From the NCBI GenBank assembly GCA_035466435.1, contig DATIUW010000106.1:422-64421 (forward strand): DNA of 64,000 nucleotides, written 5' to 3'. Of this stretch, positions 59,915-64,000 are shown in pieces (position 1 is the stretch's first letter; the number at the start of each line of letters is the position of its first letter). A program made the position numbers and the translations under genes. Source of the DNA: Polyangiales bacterium. GTDB taxonomy: Bacteria > Myxococcota_A > Polyangia > Polyangiales > Houyiibacteriaceae. A model generated the notes under the pieces. It saw only the letters and a program-made list of their open reading frames with translations, made no database searches and was not told the origin of the DNA.

Positions 59915-60886
59915 TCAACTCTTCGAAAGCACCAAGAGGGCCATGTAGCCGACGAAGCCGGCTAGAAGCACGAATCCCTCGGCTCGGGTAACCCTCATCC
60001 CCGTCTTCATCAAGGGAAACAGCAAGAACGAAGCGCCCAGCATCCACCACATGTCTCGGCCGAGGATTTCTGCCGGAACGGTCAAGGGATGAATGAGACT
60101 GGTCGCACCGGCGATGCCCAACACGTTGAATATGTTGGATCCCACCACATTGCCGACAGCGACGTCGTCTTGGCCCCTGCGAGCCGCCACGAGTGACGTG
60201 GCGAGCTCCGGTGTGCTCGTGCCGGCAGAGATGATGGTGAGACCAATCACCGTATCCGAGACGCCAAGCGCGCTCGCCACGGCAATCGCGCCGCTGACGA
60301 GCGCCTTCGAGCCTGCGGCCAGCAATGCCACGCCGGCAACGACGGCTCCGATGTTGAAGGCCGCGGCGGCCTTGCCCGTTCGTCCGAAAGAAGCGGTCGT
60401 GAGCTGCTCGAACTCCTGTTGCTCGAGAGGCGTCACGCTCTTTCGACCCAGCCAAACCGCATACGCGGTGAATGCGACCATGGCAGTGAGCAAGAAGGCG
60501 CCCTCGATGCGATCGAGCAGTGAATCGCGTGTCAGAAGGTAGAGCTGAAAGGCAGCCAGCATCATCACCGGCCATTCGAGGCGAACCGTGTTGCCCAAGA
60601 TGCGAAGCGGTCGAATCAGGGCTGCAAGCCCGAGAATGGCGCCGATGTTGAAGATGTTCGACCCGACCACGTTGGCAATCGCGATTCCGGGGCTACCCTC
60701 GACGGCCGCTTGCAACGACACGACGAGCTCGGGCATCGACGTACCCGCCGCCACGATGGTGAGCCCGATGACCGGCGGCGAAATCCGAGCGAGCAGCGCA
60801 ATGCCGCTCGCGCCCCGCACGAGCGCCTCGCCGCCACCAAATAGGAGAACGAGGCCACCGACGATCAGCGCCCATTGCAAAATCAT
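59915..60886 (-). CDS. Ca2+/Na+ antiporter (CaCA, YrbG-like)
   Basis: Two alpha repeats: [14 protein letters not shown]...NVVGSNIFN and [14 protein letters not shown]...[10 protein letters not shown]. Confidence 0.95.
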   Translation of the reverse strand: MILQWALIVGGLVLLFGGGEALVRGASGIALLARISPPVIGLTIVAAGTSMPELVVSLQAAVEGSPGIAIANVVGSNIFNIGAILGLAALIRPLRILGNTVRLEWPVMMLAAFQLYLLTRDSLLDRIEGAFLLTAMVAFTAYAVWLGRKSVTPLEQQEFEQLTTASFGRTGKAAAAFNIGAVVAGVALLAAGSKALVSGAIAVASALGVSDTVIGLTIISAGTSTPELATSLVAARRGQDDVAVGNVVGSNIFNVLGIAGATSLIHPLTVPAEILGRDMWWMLGASFLLFPLMKTGMRVTRAEGFVLLAGFVGYMALLVLSKS

Positions 60887-60952
60887 GGCTCAGTCACCCT
60901 CGAATCGAGCAGCTTCAATTGTGGCCGATGGCAAGCTACCATACTTGGTCCC

Positions 60953-61534
60953 ATGAGGTGTGGGCACACTTGGACGGCACGGATCTTGGCAGATGCGCGG
61001 GCCAAGACACGCAGACTTGGTCTAGCCGCGTTCTCGAGCGTTCTCATCGCCGGTTTCTCATCGGCTCCGGTCGCATCGGCAAAGGGCTTCGAAGGAGGGC
61101 AGTCGATCTACGGATGGACGGAGTATGCGCATCTCTATCCGAAGGGGCTTCGCTTGAAGGCGAAGCTCGACACCGGCGCGAATACCTCGTCGCTCAATGC
61201 GCTCAACATGGAGAAGTTCGAGCGCGATGGCGAGCCTTGGATCAAGTTCGAGGTCATCGACCCCTCGGGCGACGAGCGGATCCGATTCGAGCGTCCGATT
61301 TCGCGCGAAGTCCACATCAAAGACCTCGATGGAGGATCGGACAGCAGGCCCGTAGTGCGGATGGAGTTGTGCATCGGACGCACGTACCGGGAAGTAGAGT
61401 TCAGCTTGGTGGATCGAAGCCACTTCGACTACCAGGTTTTGGTGGGCCGAAACTTCCTCGCAGATGCGGTGCTCGTCGATGCGGGGAAGAGGTTTCTGGC
61501 GGGCAAGAAATGCAAGGCGGCTAGAAAGCAGTGA
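60953..61534 (+). CDS. secreted retropepsin-like aspartic protease (RimB/RloA-like)
   Basis: Signal peptide; GWTE, KAKLDTGANTSSL, RPVV, EFSLVDRSHFDYQVLVGRNFL; start approximate. Confidence 0.85.
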   Translation: MRCGHTWTARILADARAKTRRLGLAAFSSVLIAGFSSAPVASAKGFEGGQSIYGWTEYAHLYPKGLRLKAKLDTGANTSSLNALNMEKFERDGEPWIKFEVIDPSGDERIRFERPISREVHIKDLDGGSDSRPVVRMELCIGRTYREVEFSLVDRSHFDYQVLVGRNFLADAVLVDAGKRFLAGKKCKAARKQ

Positions 61535-63045
61535 GCGGCACGGGAGTCAAGGTGCTCGTCGTCGCTTTGATGGCCGCCGGATTGGGACTGGCTGCCTACA
61601 AGCACTGGATCTTGGGGTACCCTGCCGTGCCGGATACGGCGATTCCGAGTTGGTTGGTCGAAGCTCGACTTCGTGTCGTTGCGAACGACGGTCCCGTCAA
61701 GGTGCGATTCAAGATACCGAACGATCCCTACGGGTACGGCATCCTCGAAGAAGACTTCGTGTCCGACGACTTCGGTCTGACCACGCACGCCGGCACGCCG
61801 CGTATCGCAGAGTGGACCGTGCGGCGCGCAAGCGGCGAGCAGACGCTTTATTATCGTATGCTGGTCTACCGAAAGCCGTTCACCTTCGACGAGGAGCCCC
61901 CTCCGGGACCGGCCCCTGCACCGGAATGGGAAGAGCCTTATCACACGGCCGCGGTGCAACTCGTAGATTCCGTCCGTGCGCAATCGGCGGGCCCGGTGTC
62001 GCTTGCCTCCATTCTGATGAGTCGATTGATACAAGCTTCTCCCGACGATTCCGCCTCGCTATTACTTCGGCGAATGCCCGGCGAGCCAGACGTCGTTCGG
62101 ACGGCCGTCAACCTCCTCGCCTATGCAGGCATTTCGGCCCGCAAAGTCACCGCTCTCGAGATCAGCGACGGCCGCACGGGCGTGCGGCCCGAGCCGTGGT
62201 TGGAGGTGTATGCAGAAGGCCAGTGGACCGGCATCGATCCCTCGACCGGCGAAGCGCGCTGGCCGGAGGAGCTCTTGCTTTGGACCCGAGAGGGAGGGCG
62301 TTTGCTGACTGTCGAGGGAGCCGATGAGCCGGAGCTCGAGTTCTCGGTGGCCCGTAACCAGCGGGATGCGGTCATCCTGGCTCAACGACGCGCACAGCGC
62401 ATGGATAGCCCGCTCAGTGGAGTCTCGCTCTTCGACCTGCCTTTGGGCACCCAAAACGTTTACAAGATCTTGCTGCTCGTTCCGCTGGGCGCGCTCTTGG
62501 TCATCGTGTTTCGCAACATCATCGGAGTACAGACCATCGGCATCTTCATGCCGATCCTGATCGCGCTGGCATTTCGAGAGACGGGGCTGACCGTCGGCTT
62601 GCTCTTGTTGATCGTCATCGTAGCAACGGGGCTGGCCATTCGCTTCTACCTCGACCGACTTCGCCTGCTCTTGGTTCCCCGTCTTTCAGCCGTCGTCACG
62701 GTCGTGGTGGGCCTGATGGTGGCCGCAAGCCTGTTGGCCGACGAGTGGCAGCTCGATCGCGGTCTCGCAGTGGCCCTCTTTCCCATCGTCATCATGGCGA
62801 TGACGATCGAGCACATGTCCGTGGCGTGGGAGGAGCGCGGTCCGGCCGTCGCGTTGCAAGAGGGCTTCGGGAGCCTCGTGGTGGCGGTGGCCGGCTACTT
62901 CGTCATGATCAATCCGATCATCGGGCACGTCATGTTCACGTTCCCCGAGCTCTTGCTGGTGGTTCTGGCGTTGTCGATCGCTCTGGGGCGCTACACCGGA
63001 TACCGTATTACGGAGCTATGGCGATTTCGATCGCTTCGAGGGTGA
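61531..63045 (+). CDS. inactive transglutaminase fused to a 7TM domain
   Basis: PWLEVY...W.GIDP transglutaminase remnant with no catalytic Cys; LPL..QNVYKILLLVPLGAL, GIFMPILIALAF, GRYTGYRITELWRF. Confidence 0.88.
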   Translation: MSGTGVKVLVVALMAAGLGLAAYKHWILGYPAVPDTAIPSWLVEARLRVVANDGPVKVRFKIPNDPYGYGILEEDFVSDDFGLTTHAGTPRIAEWTVRRASGEQTLYYRMLVYRKPFTFDEEPPPGPAPAPEWEEPYHTAAVQLVDSVRAQSAGPVSLASILMSRLIQASPDDSASLLLRRMPGEPDVVRTAVNLLAYAGISARKVTALEISDGRTGVRPEPWLEVYAEGQWTGIDPSTGEARWPEELLLWTREGGRLLTVEGADEPELEFSVARNQRDAVILAQRRAQRMDSPLSGVSLFDLPLGTQNVYKILLLVPLGALLVIVFRNIIGVQTIGIFMPILIALAFRETGLTVGLLLLIVIVATGLAIRFYLDRLRLLLVPRLSAVVTVVVGLMVAASLLADEWQLDRGLAVALFPIVIMAMTIEHMSVAWEERGPAVALQEGFGSLVVAVAGYFVMINPIIGHVMFTFPELLLVVLALSIALGRYTGYRITELWRFRSLRG

Positions 63046-64000
63046 GGCAGCAGATGGGTCCACTTTCGCCCAAGCGTTTCCGCGATCTCGGCGTGCTCGG
63101 CATGAACCGGCGCAACTTCGAGCTCATTCATGCGCTCAATCCACGGGCTTCTTATCCTCTCGTCGACGACAAGCTTCGTACCAAGAGGCTGGTTCGGGAC
63201 CACGGCATCTGTGTGCCGGAGGTCTATTGCGTGATCGATCGCCACCACCAGCTCCAAGACATCGAATCACGACTCGAAGGCCGCGACGATTTCGTCGTCA
63301 AGCCCGCGAGAGGGGCTGCCGGAGATGGGATCTTGGTCGTGGAGCGACGCTTGGGCGGGGGATCTTATCGAACGGCCAGCGGCAAGCTCAAGTCGATCGA
63401 AGATCTGCGCCAACACCTAGCGAACATTCTGAGCGGAATGTACAGCTTGAGCGCGGCGCCCGACAGAGCGTTTTTCGAGTACCGAATCAAGCCGGACGAG
63501 ACTCTCGGAAAGATCAGCTTTCAAGGCGTTCCCGATGTGCGGGTCGTCGTGTACCGCGGCTACCCCGCATTTTCGATGGTGCGGCTGCCGACGGCCATGG
63601 CGGACGGGAAAGCAAACCTGCACCAAGGAGCCGTGGGAGCGGGGGTGGACATCGGCACGGGCAAGACCTCTTCTGGTGTATGGAAACGACGGAGAATCCG
63701 TGAGCATCCGGATACGGGTTGCTCGATCGAGGGCGTCGAAGTGCCTCACTGGCCCCGGTTGTTGGAGATCGCTGCTGGATGTTTCGATTTGATCGGAATG
63801 GGCTATCTGGGTGTTGATTTGGTTCTCGACGAGGACCATGGCCCGATGATGCTCGAGCTCAACGCGCGGCCGGGTCTCGACATCCAGATCGCCAACCGAA
63901 GGGGTCTGAGGGAGGTGCTCGCCAAGGTCGATGCGTTCGCGGACGAGCCGCGGTCGCCGGCCGAGAGAGTCGACATGGCGAGAAGTCATCTCGGCGATGG
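63042..64000 (+). CDS. alpha-L-glutamate ligase-like ATP-grasp protein (RimK-related), running off the right edge
   Basis: GVLGMNRRN...NPR..YPLVDDKL, FVVKPARG..GDGI, GVPDVRV, ANLHQG, GYLGVDLV, LELNARPGL; no stop in the window. Confidence 0.92.
   Translation, partial: MRQQMGPLSPKRFRDLGVLGMNRRNFELIHALNPRASYPLVDDKLRTKRLVRDHGICVPEVYCVIDRHHQLQDIESRLEGRDDFVVKPARGAAGDGILVVERRLGGGSYRTASGKLKSIEDLRQHLANILSGMYSLSAAPDRAFFEYRIKPDETLGKISFQGVPDVRVVVYRGYPAFSMVRLPTAMADGKANLHQGAVGAGVDIGTGKTSSGVWKRRRIREHPDTGCSIEGVEVPHWPRLLEIAAGCFDLIGMGYLGVDLVLDEDHGPMMLELNARPGLDIQIANRRGLREVLAKVDAFADEPRSPAERVDMARSHLGD

Overview
GC-rich bacterial chromosome segment, most likely Myxococcota (Polyangia-like). This is inferred from a TIGR04563-type small protein, a TIGR02266-type PilZ protein, FHA/DUF4388 and zinc-ribbon/FHA proteins and a CdnL-type CarD. 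It is mostly core genome: accD-folC-hemE, cardiolipin synthase, rpsB-tsf-pyrH-frr, RNase E/G, cdnL, thyA-folA, mlaF/mlaD, nuoEF-JKLMN, lepB, tsaB and purE-purK. There is no integrase, transposase or CRISPR array. Main candidate system (51.7-58.8 kb): two paralogous wHTH regulators with an identical recognition helix bracket an ABC-HlyD-TolC exporter and purE-purK. The ABC subunit has lost every ATPase motif. Both divergent intergenic regions carry a TACRTGA-N8-TCAYGTA-like palindrome, and one has five half-sites in exact 14-bp phase. I infer a possible CO2/bicarbonate-linked regulon. Other points: a 5' half of tRNA-Leu(CAG) between two copies of its promoter, a rod-like RNA candidate upstream of cdnL opposite a histone-H1-like gene, a catalytically degenerate glycogen synthase, NuoL with a fused soluble domain, and a protease/inactive-transglutaminase/ATP-grasp operon at the right edge. 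All calls come from reading motifs by eye. No searches were run and several start codons are best guesses.
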